Assembly: GCA_951406725.2 (NCBI GenBank)
Contig: OX597815.1
Span: 67,952,001 to 68,016,000, forward strand
DNA length: 64,000 nucleotides
DNA from: Octopus vulgaris
Lineage: Eukaryota
Reading direction: 5' to 3'
This document shows, one piece after another, positions 26,623 through 38,850 of this stretch. Both the position numbers and the translations under genes were made by a program. A model generated the notes under the pieces. It searched no databases, was not told the DNA's origin, and saw only the letters and a program-made list of their open reading frames with translations. Within the stretch, counting starts at the first letter, position 1. Every line of letters starts with the position of its first letter.

Positions 26623-27078
26623 TAACAATTGATGAGCAGTTGTCGATCTATTACAGCCGTTTCTAACGAATATTTTAAGATATTTAAAAAAATGATATAA
26701 CGTACTCTTGTACGTTATATCATTTTTTTAAAAAAACCTTTTCTTCAGATAAATACACGATTCTTACAATCAAGGACATTTGAAATAATTTTAAATAATT
26801 CAAAATCCGCAGCACGAACATTATTTTTTGCGTGATTCTACTACTGGTTCCCGCCGTAGAGTGGTTGCTCATTCTAAGGCAGGAACCAGTCACACAAAAT
26901 AATATGTTCGTGCTGCGGATTTCGAGTTATTTTTTAATTATTTCAAATGTCCTTGATTGTAAGATTTATGTATTCATCTGAAGAAAACGGTTTTTTAATG
27001 ATATAACGTACTCATTGATCAATTAAAATATTCGTTAAAAACGGCTGTACTGGATTGACACCTGTCCATCAATTATTA
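26623..27078. mobile_element. Fold-back (palindromic) MITE-like element
   Basis: Arms pair over about 210 bp around a centre near 26862 (CTGGTTCC..GGAACCAG; TTACAATCAAGGACATTTGAAATAATT and its complement); TA at both ends. Confidence 0.85.
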
Positions 27079-28084
27079 CGTATTTATAAGTATGTATATA
27101 TATATATATATATATATAAAGAGAGAGAGAGAGAGAGGGAGGGAGAGAGAGAGAGGGAGGGAGAGAGAGAGAGAGAGGGAGAGAGAGAGAGTGACAGACA
27201 GACAGACAAGGCATGAATAACGGTCATTACATGTTTCTTTTTCACTATAATAAATTTGACTTACAACTGTTTCCAATATTCATTAGGTTCGTTATTGATA
27301 AGTTTACTCAATAGGTTTACCCAAGTGGTATTGTGCGTACGTGTGAGTATGTCTACACAGATATGTAATGCGTAGATTGATTGATTAAGAGGTCAAGAAT
27401 ATAGGCAACAGAATGCATATAGTTGTTTCAGCGACAGACAGACAGATAGACAGACAATCAGCAGGCAATAAAAGAATTAACGACGAATAGATTTACCGAG
27501 GAATATTCTAATTAGCAGGTAATTCTACAACAGAGGTTGGAAGCAATAGCACTAATGGCAGAGAACCATTTGTATTAGGGAGGAAAACTGGATAAATGGA
27601 CTAGGTTTGGATATATTAATAGAAATATATGAACGGAATGTCTACAAGAATCCTTGGGAGTGTTTCATACATTATACGCCACACGTGCACGCGCACGCGC
27701 GTAGTTGTGTGTGTGTGTGTGTGTGTGTGTGCATGTGTGTGTATGTGAAAAATATTCATTGAACAGGGCGTGGTAAAGATCGATAATTAAAATGGCGACG
27801 AAAGTAGATAGTTTTTTAAAGCAATAATGAAAACGTTGGAGAAAAGACAGAGAAGTACAAGGTAAGTTAAGAGAATTGAAAGGAGAAAATGAAGGAGTAG
27901 AGAAAGAGGTGAGGAGTGAAGAGAGAACCGAGATATAGAGGAAAGAGGAAAGATAGGGAAACAAGAAAAGAATAAAGATGTGTAGAGTATTGAGTGCTTA
28001 GGAAGGAAGGAGAGATATGAAAAATATATACAAGTGGTTGAGCATAGGAAAGTGAAGGAAAATGAAAGACACACACAGATATGC

Positions 28085-28193
<109 letters not shown>

Positions 28194-28240
28194 GGCAGCA
28201 AGATCAACATGCCTAGGAGAGCTCAGTATATCTAGTGGAA

Positions 28241-28350
28241 CATGCACCTGATGTGACACAAACTGCACAGAGTGATGCAACACAATTAGATGCACAATAT
28301 CCTACCCATAACGGATAGTTGCAGGTTGGGTCGAAACGATCGTCGTACTG
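28241..28350 (+). ncRNA. Type I hammerhead with extended branched helix II
   Basis: CATGCAC CTGATGT GACACAAACTGCA...TGCAGGTTGGGTC GAAA CGATCG TC GTACTG, then AATAAA; helix II base 11/13 paired; segment flanked by (TA)n. Confidence 0.7.
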
Positions 28351-28410
28351 AATAAAAATTAGTGCTAAATATCTATCTTCCATTTCCTTCATCAATTATT
28401 ATAATGCATA

Positions 28411-28449
<39 letters not shown>

Positions 28450-29164
28450 GCATATGTATATACGGCTCTGTGTATACATACATACATACATATATACAAT
28501 ATTTATGTATTTACTACTACTATAACCCTCCTGCTGATGCATCTTTACCAAATAAATCACCATCCTCATCATCACCGTCATCATCACAATCATTACTACT
28601 ATTACTGCTCTAATAATAATGAGAAGAATAGTAATGATGATGATGATGATGATGATGATGATAATAATAATACCTTTTTTTTATTCATTCAAATAGCTGT
28701 TTGAATTACCTTTCAAAGTTGAAAACACAACCCTTTGATGACAACGTTTCTTCGCCACCGTCGCCATAACCATCACATCCTTCTCCTCCTCCTCCTCCTC
28801 CCTCTAATTCACCACCATTACCATCACCACCACCACAACAACAACCAATTTACAAGCACAACCAGGTTTATTGTGGAGTCTTATTATCAATAGAGCTCTA
28901 TCTCTACATATCGCTTGACTTCAGTCGTTTTAGAAGAATTATCGCGTTTGTATATGTATGTGTGTATGTGTGTGTATGTATGTGTGCACGTATATGTATA
29001 TGTTTGTGTATTTGTGTGTGTACGCGCGCGCGTTTTTGTGTGTATATATGCATATATGTGTGTGTGAGTTTGCAAGACTGTGTATGTGTGAATTTGCATG
29101 TCTTTGTGTATGTATTTGTGCATGTGTATATATATACATATGTTTGCCTGTTTTTCTGTATGTG

Positions 29165-29252
<88 letters not shown>

Positions 29253-29253
29253 C

Positions 29254-29304
<51 letters not shown>

Positions 29305-29314
29305 CATACATACA

Positions 29315-29349
<35 letters not shown>

Positions 29350-30849
29350 GTGTGTGTGTGTATGTGTATGTATGTATGTATGTATGTATGTATGTATGTA
29401 TGCATGTATGTATGTGTATTAGTGTAGAAATATGAGTATGCGTACGTGTGTGTGTGTGTGTGTGTTTGTGTGCGTGTTTGTATGATTCTGTGTGAGCATG
29501 TGTATATATATGTGTCGCATCTCCCTCTGCACGTGTATGTGTATATATGTGTTTGCATGTCTCTCTGTATGTATGTATATGTGCATTTACCTATGCATGT
29601 GAACGTGTTTGAGTATACACGCGCTAAAGGTATGTCATTTCTTTCTTTATATATTTATCTATTTATTCTGCTCCGTTTTTTCACTCCATAAAAATATTTT
29701 TAGCACCTATTGTTCGAAAATTATCACTGAATTAAGTCAACAATGCCAAAAGGATGGAAGTTTGTGATTTTCATTCTTCGATATAAATTCTTTGAGTAAA
29801 TAACGGCACCAGAAATAAATGCGACTGTTTATTTGGTGGATGCTGGTGGCGATGACCTCATAAATTAATTGGCAGTTTAACCTCCATCTTTATCATATAG
29901 AAGTCAAATACAGAAATATCTAGAACTCTTGTAGACATTGTTTTATAATTCTCCAGGAAAAAATGTGCCACTGTTTTGGGATTACCGTTTCTTTAGATAC
30001 CATCGTATTTCCGGGTTTGGTTTGAATGAGATACAGAAATAAGCTGAAGATATGCAAGGAATTTACGTAAAGGGAATTGGTTCTCGTATTTTTAGATTTA
30101 CTCATCTCGTCACTATCTCCAACTTCTCCAAGACTCTGTGTGTGTGTGCATGTGAGTGTATGTGTGTGTGTATCTGTGTTTGTGTGTGTATGTTTTATAT
30201 GTTTATTTGTTGTTTTTATTCTTTCATTTTCCTTCATTAATATAGTTTCATCTGTTGCCAAATATCTGTTTTACTCTGCTGGTGTATATCTTTTACTACT
30301 ACTACTACTACTACTACTCATTTGTCACGGCAGAACTGAGATGAGATGTGCCATCACCCTACGATACTTATTTTTCAAGTAGTTATACTGAGTCATTTGA
30401 ATCTCGACTACGAAGGCAGCGGTTACAAACTGTAGGTCCTGTGTTAACTATAGCTAGCATATAAACACACGGTGAGTTAGTCCAGCTGCAGTTTTCAGTG
30501 ATGTTGTAGCTTACTCAGAGACATAAACTTCAACAAAAAAGATGGAAGTGATGTCACTGGGAATAACACATTTCGGAAATATGATAGCAGGCTGTTTCAA
30601 TAATTACGCATTATTTTTTTCACGTTTAGGGCAAATATTTGCATGCAGGAATTGATGTCTCATTGGGCAGTGAAGCAACTCTTTAGGTATTTCAGCCCTT
30701 TCCACTGTTACACTAGAGCTGCCCAACGTCATCCACTGAAAGTAAGCAACAAAGCTCCAGCGCAACATCTCAAGCTTTGTTGAGTCAGATGCAGTGACTC
30801 TGGGCTGACTGTTCCTATCATCTTAAAAGATCGTTGTTGCTGCACTACT

Positions 30850-31090
30850 CGTCCTCTTTCTTCAGCCAGTTTCTGATAATTTCTTGGCAACTTCTTTTCT
30901 CCCCTTCGCAACTAGTCTATGACTCCTGAGCATTGAATGTTCTCTGGTTTCAACAAATCCTCGAACACCTACCTCTACAGAAGACAATGTTTTCGCTGAG
31001 TTCAACCAATTGATTGTATTTTCTGTCACACGAACCATGAGGTAACAATTAGAAGTGGAAACAAATTGTCGATACAATCGGTACATTAGG
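30850..31090 (-). mobile_element. HERO/NeSL-like non-LTR RLE C-terminal fragment
   Basis: Minus: RKYNQLV and VEVGVRGFV..MLR..RKEVAKKLSE, resembling the VEVGxRGF motif of HERO-type RLE elements. Confidence 0.55.
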
Positions 31091-31259
31091 TAACTGGGCA
31101 GTTATCTCAATACACATGCTCTGTCCAATACACGATGCGAAACCGATTAGTAAGATCGGCTGTAATAAAATCTATAATACTGTATACTTTGATTAATATA
31201 AAATACGAGTGTCTATTTTTTCTGACTTATAGATTCTTGGTCGACTGTATATACAAACA

Positions 31260-31772
31260 TCTATATATATAAAACTGTAGTTGTGTGAGTGTCTGTCCCC
31301 TTCGATTTAGATTCCTAATTACTCCCACATTTTGCGGTGCAGTTTAACCAAATTCGGGTATCTTATAGTCGTGATTCATATCGAGCCCGTCTGGGTATTA
31401 GCGCGCGTCTACGATGAGTCTACGATTTTAAAAATAATTTAACATCATTTTTTATTCCATTTTAATGCATAATTTTTCGTGTGTCGATGGCGGCGGAGTT
31501 GGCGTCCACGCTCACATCTGCACCTGTTTGCTTCTCCCCCTTCTTCCCTCCCTCGTAAAGCTGTGGGGGAGGGAGTGTAAGGAAATCAACGTCGTAAAGC
31601 GTTGTCAAGGAGACCAGCATTCTTTTAGAACAACGACTTCATGGCTTGAAGACACCAAAACAGAAATGGCTAAGAAAGCCCGAATTGGCATCTATAAGGG
31701 AAGTAACTCTCTAAAAATGCTTATATAGTTATTTCCCTTCCAAACCCGAGCAACGCCGGGCGATACTGCTAG
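31260..31772 (+). mobile_element. Non-autonomous Helitron
   Basis: A|TCTATATATATAAAA 5' end; subterminal hairpin CCCGAGCAACGCCGGG; CTAG|T 3' end; inserted at AT with no TSD. Confidence 0.9.
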
Positions 31773-32551
31773 TATAATATAATGTAGTATCGAGCACTCT
31801 TTGTCTCGACAATGAACACTACGTATGTATATCTGTGTGTATGTAAGTATATACATACATACATACATATATGTGTGTGTGGAAGATCTGTGCATGTGTG
31901 GGGCTACAATTTGTGTGCAGGGGTAGTGGGAGGCAGTCTATTTTGTGGAGTGTCTGACTTATAGGGGTGTACGTGTGTGTTCAAGGGTGCATTGGTGTGT
32001 TCTTTGGCCAAACTCTTTTTGCGAAGCCCGAGGGTATTGGTGGAAGGTCGAGGGTCGAGGCAGGGGACCTGTGGTTACAGTGATAGTGGGGCGCGCAGGT
32101 ACAATAGAACATCTACCCGAATAGCAAGAGTGAGGTGTTTAACCCTTGCCCGCATGTACCCCGCACATGCACAGACCCCACCCCACCACAAACACACACG
32201 CACGTTACACACTGCACGCTAACAAAAAAACCTATGACTTCATCCTTTACAGAAAGAAAACCAATGAACACACCTATATATACTTACACCTCCGGATAAA
32301 ATTATGCATATGAAACCACTACACATATCACACACCCCATCCCAACAGGAGCACCACATGAATAATACACATCCTCCCCACTTCAAGATAACTCTTGCCG
32401 GCTTAACTGCAGACCCAACCAAGGAACATAACTCCTAACTTAATCCTCTGACCCCATTTTCGTTTCACCACCCTTTTTACAGCAGCCGCTGACTGGTTGT
32501 GCTAATCCACCTCCGAGAATAGAGAGCAGTCGCCATATTCCCTTCCATATC

Positions 32552-32643
32552 GACTAACTCTGATGAGCGTAAAGTTATGCAAGCGGATTGTTACCTAACA
32601 CTCCAGTGTATTCTTTACGCGAAACCGATTGGTATGATCAGCC
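32552..32643 (+). ncRNA. Type I hammerhead with extended helix II (helix I decayed)
   Basis: CTGATGA GCGTAAAG...CTTTACGC GAAA CCGATTGG TA; perfect 8-bp helix II base; related 3' half at 31136-31160. Confidence 0.7.
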
Positions 32644-32658
32644 CTGATGGTTATTTAA

Positions 32659-32696
<38 letters not shown>

Positions 32697-32705
32697 TATA
32701 TATAT

Positions 32706-35582
32706 CAAGCCTTATGCATAGCACTTACAGAAACGCACCTGAAACCGGACATAGCAGATGCGGAGTTACACATACCACAGTATGCTGTACTACGGACCGA
32801 CAGGAAAGAAAGGAGCCATGGAGGTGTTGCTATGTACATCCGTGAGGACCTCACACCCCAGGTCCTCTTGTCATACTCAAACTCGGTGTGTGACACACTA
32901 ATTGTACATATTAGGCAACTTGATGTAGTTGTGTGTGCTACATATCGCCCTCCAGATGCCCCAAGCCATGTGGGCAAGTTTGAAGACTGCCTTATAAAAA
33001 TAGAAGAAATTCTAACCACATTAGAACAACACATAGGTGTGCTTCTTATGGGAGACTTCAATCTGCCCAATGTCAGATGGCCCGAGGGCCTTTCTCTCCC
33101 AGGAATGACAAGATGTGAACGAGGACAGGCGAGGTCCCTCCTGAACCTCATCAACACCCTGTACATGGAGCAGGTAATACTCCAACCAACCAGGGCAGGT
33201 AACACACTGGATCTCTGCTTCACAAATGACATGGATCTCATCCATAATGTGAAAGTGACACCGACACTACTCTCGGATCACAACATGATAGAGCTGACCA
33301 TGTACGGGCCAAAAGAGAGCACGGACATGCAGCCTACAAGAAACCCTCAAAATCTTTCCAGCTTGAACTACCATAAGGCAAACTGGAAACAAATTGAGAA
33401 AGAGATCCTCAAACAAAACTGGCATAAATGTCTCTCCTCGCCAGACATCGACGTGAAACTTCAACAATTCATGTCTGTAATGCAAGCCATATGCTACAAA
33501 TGTGTCCCAGAGAGAAAGGCCACTGTACACAAGAACAAAATCCCCAGAGAGAGGAAAATTTTTATGAGACGGCGTACGAAATTTTCAAATCGCCTAAACA
33601 AACAGATTGAAAGCAGTGAAAAGTCCCGCCTAAAAATAAAACTGTTGGAAATCGAAAAATGTCTGCAACTCTCCCATGAAAAAGAAAGAGCAGACAAAGA
33701 AGCCTGGGCTATAGAAAACATAAAATCTAACCCCAGAGCTTTCTACAGGTATGCCAAAGAAACAGCTACAGTGCACTGTAGAATAGGGCCACTCCTCGAA
33801 AAGGATGGCACACTTACAGGAAAACCAATGAGGGTAAGTGAAATACTGAATGAGCAATTCAAGAGTGTTTTCACTCCACCCCTTGGGCATCTCCAAATCA
33901 CCAATCCAACTGACTTTTTTACCACTGCAGATATAAAATCAGAGGCGGCGACGATAGATTACATCGATATAAAGGAAGACGATGTAACCAAGGCTATAGA
34001 TGAAATGAAAACAGACTCAGCTACTGGCCCCGATGGATTCCCGGCAATCCTCCTAAAAGCATGTAAGAGAGTCCTAGCAAGACCACTGCAGTTCCTCTTT
34101 CAGAGCTTCCTTGCAGCTGGCAAACTTCCAGGAAAACTGAAGGAAGGTAAAATATGCCCCATTCATAAAGGAGGTAGCAGAGCGGAAGCCAAGAACTATA
34201 GACCTATCTCTCTGACCTCACACATCAGCAAGGTCATGGAACGAATAGTCAGAAGGAAGCTGATCACCTTCCTTGAAGAGAATGACTTGCTGCCCGACAC
34301 CCAACATGGTTTCCGACCAGGGAGAAGCTGTTTAACTCAGCTCCTACAACACTATGACTGGGTGCTGAAACGGCTGCTCAACCACTCAAATGTGGAAGTG
34401 ATATATCTCGACTTTGCAAAGGCCTTTGATAAAGTCGATCATGGAATGATATGTCACAAACTGCGTGATCTCAACATAGTTGGAAAACTGGGAGAATGGC
34501 TTCATGACTTTCTGAAGGATAGAAGTCAGGTGGTAGTAGCCAATGGGGCCACCTCCATTAACACACAAATAGTGAGCGGTGTTCCGCAGGGCACTGTTCT
34601 GGGACCACTACTGTTCATAATGGCCCTCTCAGACATGCCCTCAGCCACGCAGAGAGCCACGATCACAAGTTATGCAGATGATACAAAAGTTTCACAGGCA
34701 ATACAGAACCCTGAGGACACTAAACACCTGCAATGTGAGCTGGACGAAATATACAAGTGGGCTGAAAAGAATAGCATGCAGTTCAATGCTGGAAAGTTTC
34801 AAGCTTTATACTATCAGCATGCAAAACTGAATGCAATACCCAATGAATACACTGGACCCGGAGGGATTGCAATCCCAGAGGCACAATCAGTGCGTGACCT
34901 GGGTATTCACATGAGTGATGACGCGACCTTTCATGTACATGTTGCTAAACTGACAATGAAATGTAGACGGCTGGCTGGCTGGATTTTTAGAACCTTTAGA
35001 ACAAGAGAACAAGAAACCATGATGGTCCTCTGGAAGACACTTGTCCTAAGCCACTTTGACTATTGCTCTCAGCTATGGTCACCATCCAGCGTCAAGTTGA
35101 TCACAGAACTTGAGGCGATCCAACGAAGCTACACAAAGAAGATAGCCTCTATGCAGAATGTAAGCTACTGGGAAAGACTCAAGAGATTAAAATTATATTC
35201 CCTGGAGCGTAGGCGGGAAAGATATGCCATAATATACATCTGGAAGATCCTGGAGGGAAGTGTCCTGAACTTTGGCATCGAGAGTTACGCAAATGCCAGA
35301 ACTGGGCGCCACTGCGTGGTGCCTAGGACTCCAAACCTGCCATCAAGATGTAGGACAAGATTCTGTGATAGCCTGGGCTTCCGAGGCCCACAGCTCTTCA
35401 ATATCCTCCCGAAGAACCTGAGAGACCTGCATGGGGTGGATACAGATGTCTTTAAAATGAAGCTGGATCTCTTCCTGTCAGGTGTCCCAGATGAACCAAC
35501 TTCACGGCAGGAGGGGCAGATGAGGGCAGCTGCATCGAACTCTCTCATGCACCAAATAGCAGTTGCTAGAAAGCCTCCATGA
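32706..35582 (+). CDS. LINE ORF2: APE endonuclease plus reverse transcriptase (frame open from 32706; first ATG at 32832)
   Basis: QALCIALTETH, YRPP, GDFN, SDH (APE); NYRPISL, QHGF, YLDFAKAFDKV, GVPQG, YADD (RT); no stops across 916 aa plus the upstream extension. Confidence 0.95.
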   Translation, partial: QALCIALTETHLKPDIADAELHIPQYAVLRTDRKERSHGGVAMYIREDLTPQVLLSYSNSVCDTLIVHIRQLDVVVCATYRPPDAPSHVGKFEDCLIKIEEILTTLEQHIGVLLMGDFNLPNVRWPEGLSLPGMTRCERGQARSLLNLINTLYMEQVILQPTRAGNTLDLCFTNDMDLIHNVKVTPTLLSDHNMIELTMYGPKESTDMQPTRNPQNLSSLNYHKANWKQIEKEILKQNWHKCLSSPDIDVKLQQFMSVMQAICYKCVPERKATVHKNKIPRERKIFMRRRTKFSNRLNKQIESSEKSRLKIKLLEIEKCLQLSHEKERADKEAWAIENIKSNPRAFYRYAKETATVHCRIGPLLEKDGTLTGKPMRVSEILNEQFKSVFTPPLGHLQITNPTDFFTTADIKSEAATIDYIDIKEDDVTKAIDEMKTDSATGPDGFPAILLKACKRVLARPLQFLFQSFLAAGKLPGKLKEGKICPIHKGGSRAEAKNYRPISLTSHISKVMERIVRRKLITFLEENDLLPDTQHGFRPGRSCLTQLLQHYDWVLKRLLNHSNVEVIYLDFAKAFDKVDHGMICHKLRDLNIVGKLGEWLHDFLKDRSQVVVANGATSINTQIVSGVPQGTVLGPLLFIMALSDMPSATQRATITSYADDTKVSQAIQNPEDTKHLQCELDEIYKWAEKNSMQFNAGKFQALYYQHAKLNAIPNEYTGPGGIAIPEAQSVRDLGIHMSDDATFHVHVAKLTMKCRRLAGWIFRTFRTREQETMMVLWKTLVLSHFDYCSQLWSPSSVKLITELEAIQRSYTKKIASMQNVSYWERLKRLKLYSLERRRERYAIIYIWKILEGSVLNFGIESYANARTGRHCVVPRTPNLPSRCRTRFCDSLGFRGPQLFNILPKNLRDLHGVDTDVFKMKLDLFLSGVPDEPTSRQEGQMRAAASNSLMHQIAVARKPP

Positions 35583-35671
35583 AGTGAAACCAAGTAGCAA
35601 CACCAAATGGCGGTGCCCCAGCATGGCCACAGCTCATAAGCTGAAACTAGAATCAATCAATCAATCAATCA

Positions 35672-35674
<3 letters not shown>
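32706..35674 (+). mobile_element. CR1-group LINE, 5'-truncated, inserted in (TA)n, with (ATCA)n tail
   Basis: Open ORF2, ~70-bp 3' UTR with terminal hairpin, (AATC)n at 35651-35674, (TA)n both sides. Confidence 0.93.
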
Positions 35675-35721
<47 letters not shown>

Positions 35722-35760
35722 TATATATGTAAGAATACACACACACGCGCGCACACACTC

Positions 35761-35859
<99 letters not shown>

Positions 35860-36339
35860 TATACATCTATAAAGATTCACAAGACAAACAGTTTATTCAT
35901 TTCCCAAGTTAAGATTGCTTGAAGAAAACATTTCCATAAATTGTATGAGGACGTGGACGTTAAATAGAGATAAGATTATAAAACAGGAAAATAAGAGCGG
36001 AGGTAGAGGAGCGATATAAATACAATTTATAGAACGGTCACATAGAAAGAATAAACAACCAAACAAAAAGTGATCTGCTGTATTAAGCATTCGATGATAG
36101 ATATGTGATTCCCTCCGGAAAACGTTAATGAACGTGCATTCTTTAAGAATAAAATAAAAGACAATACTGATAAACATTATGTGAGATAACAAATCAATAA
36201 CTTTTTCAAGACGAAGTAATCACTTTTAAAATAAAAATACACAAACGCCAACGAACAGTCAAACCTGCCTCCAAATCAGGTTCTCACTAGAAAGAATGTG
36301 GGGTGGAAATCTGCATAGCAATTATTAATATTTGTTGGC

Positions 36340-36490
36340 ATGCTTGTGTGGTTAAGAAGTTCGTTTTGCAACACCGTGGTTTCGAGTTCAGTCCATCCCA
36401 CTGCGTGGCAACTTGAGCAACTGCTTTCTATTCTAGACCTCGGGCTAACAAATATGAGTGAATTTAGTAGACAGCAACCGTGCGATGCTC
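36340..36490 (+). mobile_element. SINE 5' half, decayed
   Basis: TGTGTGGTTAAGAAG..GAGTTCAGTCC..CTGCGTGGCA aligns with the 7400 family. Confidence 0.7.
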
Positions 36491-36565
36491 ATTGCAGACA
36501 TGTTTTTATGTGTGTGTATGTATGTATGTACAAATATACATATATATATATATAATAAATATATG

Positions 36566-36596
<31 letters not shown>

Positions 36597-36607
36597 AATT
36601 ATATATA

Positions 36608-36768
36608 TTCTTTTATTCTTTTACTTTTTTACTTGTTTCAGTCATTTGACTACGGCCATGTTGGAGCACCGCCTTTAGTGAAGCAAATCGACCCCAGGAC
36701 TTATTCTTTGTAAGCCTAGTACTTATTCTGGTGGTCCCTTTTTTCCGAACTACTAAGTTACAAGGACT
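36608..36768 (-). mobile_element. SINE 3' half (CR1-like tail)
   Basis: Reverse complement of about 7640-7800. Confidence 0.85.
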
Positions 36769-36897
36769 ATGTATATTCAATTGATAGTATGGCATACACC
36801 TGGTAGTTTGCCGGTAAAACACTTCACTGGCTTAGTGTTCGTTGGATATGTAATTAATGAGAGAAACGAAAGCTGGAAGATAAGAGAATCTTTATTG

Positions 36898-37003
36898 ATC
36901 ACTACAATCGTTTCGACCCATCTAGCATCGATCCCTCACGGATGGGATACAACACAACTGGTTTGAGTGTATCCCTTGGTGTAGATGTGTCTCCTCAGGT
37001 GAT
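36898..37003 (-). ncRNA. Apparently intact type I hammerhead with branched helix II domain
   Basis: Minus: ATCAC CTGAGGA GACACATCTA [hairpin GGGATACA/TGTATCCC; hairpin ATCC/GGAT] TAGATGGGTC GAAA CGATTG TA GTGAT, then AATAAA. Confidence 0.85.
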
Positions 37004-37399
37004 TTCAAGAAGAATCTCGTTAAAATAAACTCTCTTTCGCACAACTTATTATTGCATTTTTTGTTCTTGGTCTTCGTAGATAGAAATTGCAAACTAAGGG
37101 ATACTGCATTATTCTTACAGAAGATCAGTGATAAAGATGAGACACAAAAAGAAACAAATACACAATACAGCGGAAAAATTACTACATATAACCGTTAGTA
37201 GATTGTAATTATAAAGTCGGTACCCATTAATGGCCAGTGATATGATACTGCTTGATGAGTAGTTACACATTCAGTGATGCGCTCCACTGGGTCTAGCTGG
37301 TATATCTTTATGGAACTTGCACATTCATAACTACGGACATAAATATCAACATACACTCATATATACTCGCACGGACATATTCACACAGTTTAGTGTATA

Positions 37400-37720
37400 T
37401 TGCTATACGTATACGTCGCAACTCAGCACAACACTCTAGAATCAATAAGCTAAACAACAAATATAAGGAACACGACGTACTCTGGTATAACCCAATCCAC
37501 GGTTCACATGTGTCAACGAAGATCACTAGGGAGTTTTTCGCCGTTTTAGATAAATATTTCCTTAAATCAAATAGATACCATAGTATTTTTAGTAGGAACA
37601 CTGCGAAGATATCATATGCAAACTCCACTATTTTAGAGCAACACTTACACCAGATTAATAACAGAAAAAATGAACCAATATATATTGTTATAAGGGAACT
37701 TTGGGACATTGCGGAGCTTA
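37400..37720 (+). mobile_element. Nematis-like PLE fragment (RT-EN linker)
   Basis: VLWYNPIHGSHVSTKITREFFAVLDKYF..YHSIFSRNTAKISY. Confidence 0.75.
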
Positions 37721-37721
37721 C

Positions 37722-37760
<39 letters not shown>

Positions 37761-37826
37761 TGTGTGTGTGTCTGTGTGTATGTGTGGGTGTATGTGTGTG
37801 TGTGTCTGTGTCTGTGTGTCTGTGTA

Positions 37827-37920
<94 letters not shown>

Positions 37921-38225
37921 TGTGTACATACGTACATACGAATGTGTGCGTGTGCGCGTCTTTGTGTTTGTCATTCTACCGTCATTCAGTGTCGGATATA
38001 AAATCTTTTACTAGAAATGGGAGATTTCCACTGTGCTGACTTGCCAGAAATATACTACAAGAAAATCTCTGCATAATCATAGTCCATGTAAATGTTTGTT
38101 GGGTGATCTCCAGTCGTACAGAGAGGATGAAAACGAGTAAACGAGAGATAGAGATATCGTTAAAATAAGAGGTGTACGATAAGTGCACATTCGAGTTATG
38201 CGTCAGGCAATGAGTAAAGGAACGC

Positions 38226-38301
<76 letters not shown>

Positions 38302-38850
38302 ATCATAGAGACAGAGGAAGAAGAAGTGGTGTAAAGGACAGAGTAGTTATGGGAGAAGAGAGATATGAGAAATATGTTTTATATAATATATTTTCAGGTT
38401 ATAAATATTTTCTTTCGTAAATCAATATTCATTTCATCATTTTGTGTAACCACCAAGAAATTTGATAAAAATTAAATTATAATTATTGTATGAATAACAT
38501 ATTACCTTATTTACCCATGGGGGCAAAAGTATTCTGCCAAAGTTACCCATCATATGAGAAGTACCATTCTATCTCTAAATAAAAATAGCCGATATAAATG
38601 TTAGTTGGTTGGTTGGTTGGTTGGTTGGTTCGTTCGTTCGTTGTAATCTTCAGTCACGCTTTACATTGCATAGAGAGAGGAAAAGAAAGTGCAAAAAAAA
38701 AGATACAGAGGGATTTATAGCAAAACAGGTTTATAAGTCTTATAACTTTCAAAAGATACACATTCATTTTCATAAAATTTTGCAGGGATAAGTTTTCGAT
38801 AGAGTAGATAGTAATTATGCTGATAAAATTTAGAAAAATAATAACATATA

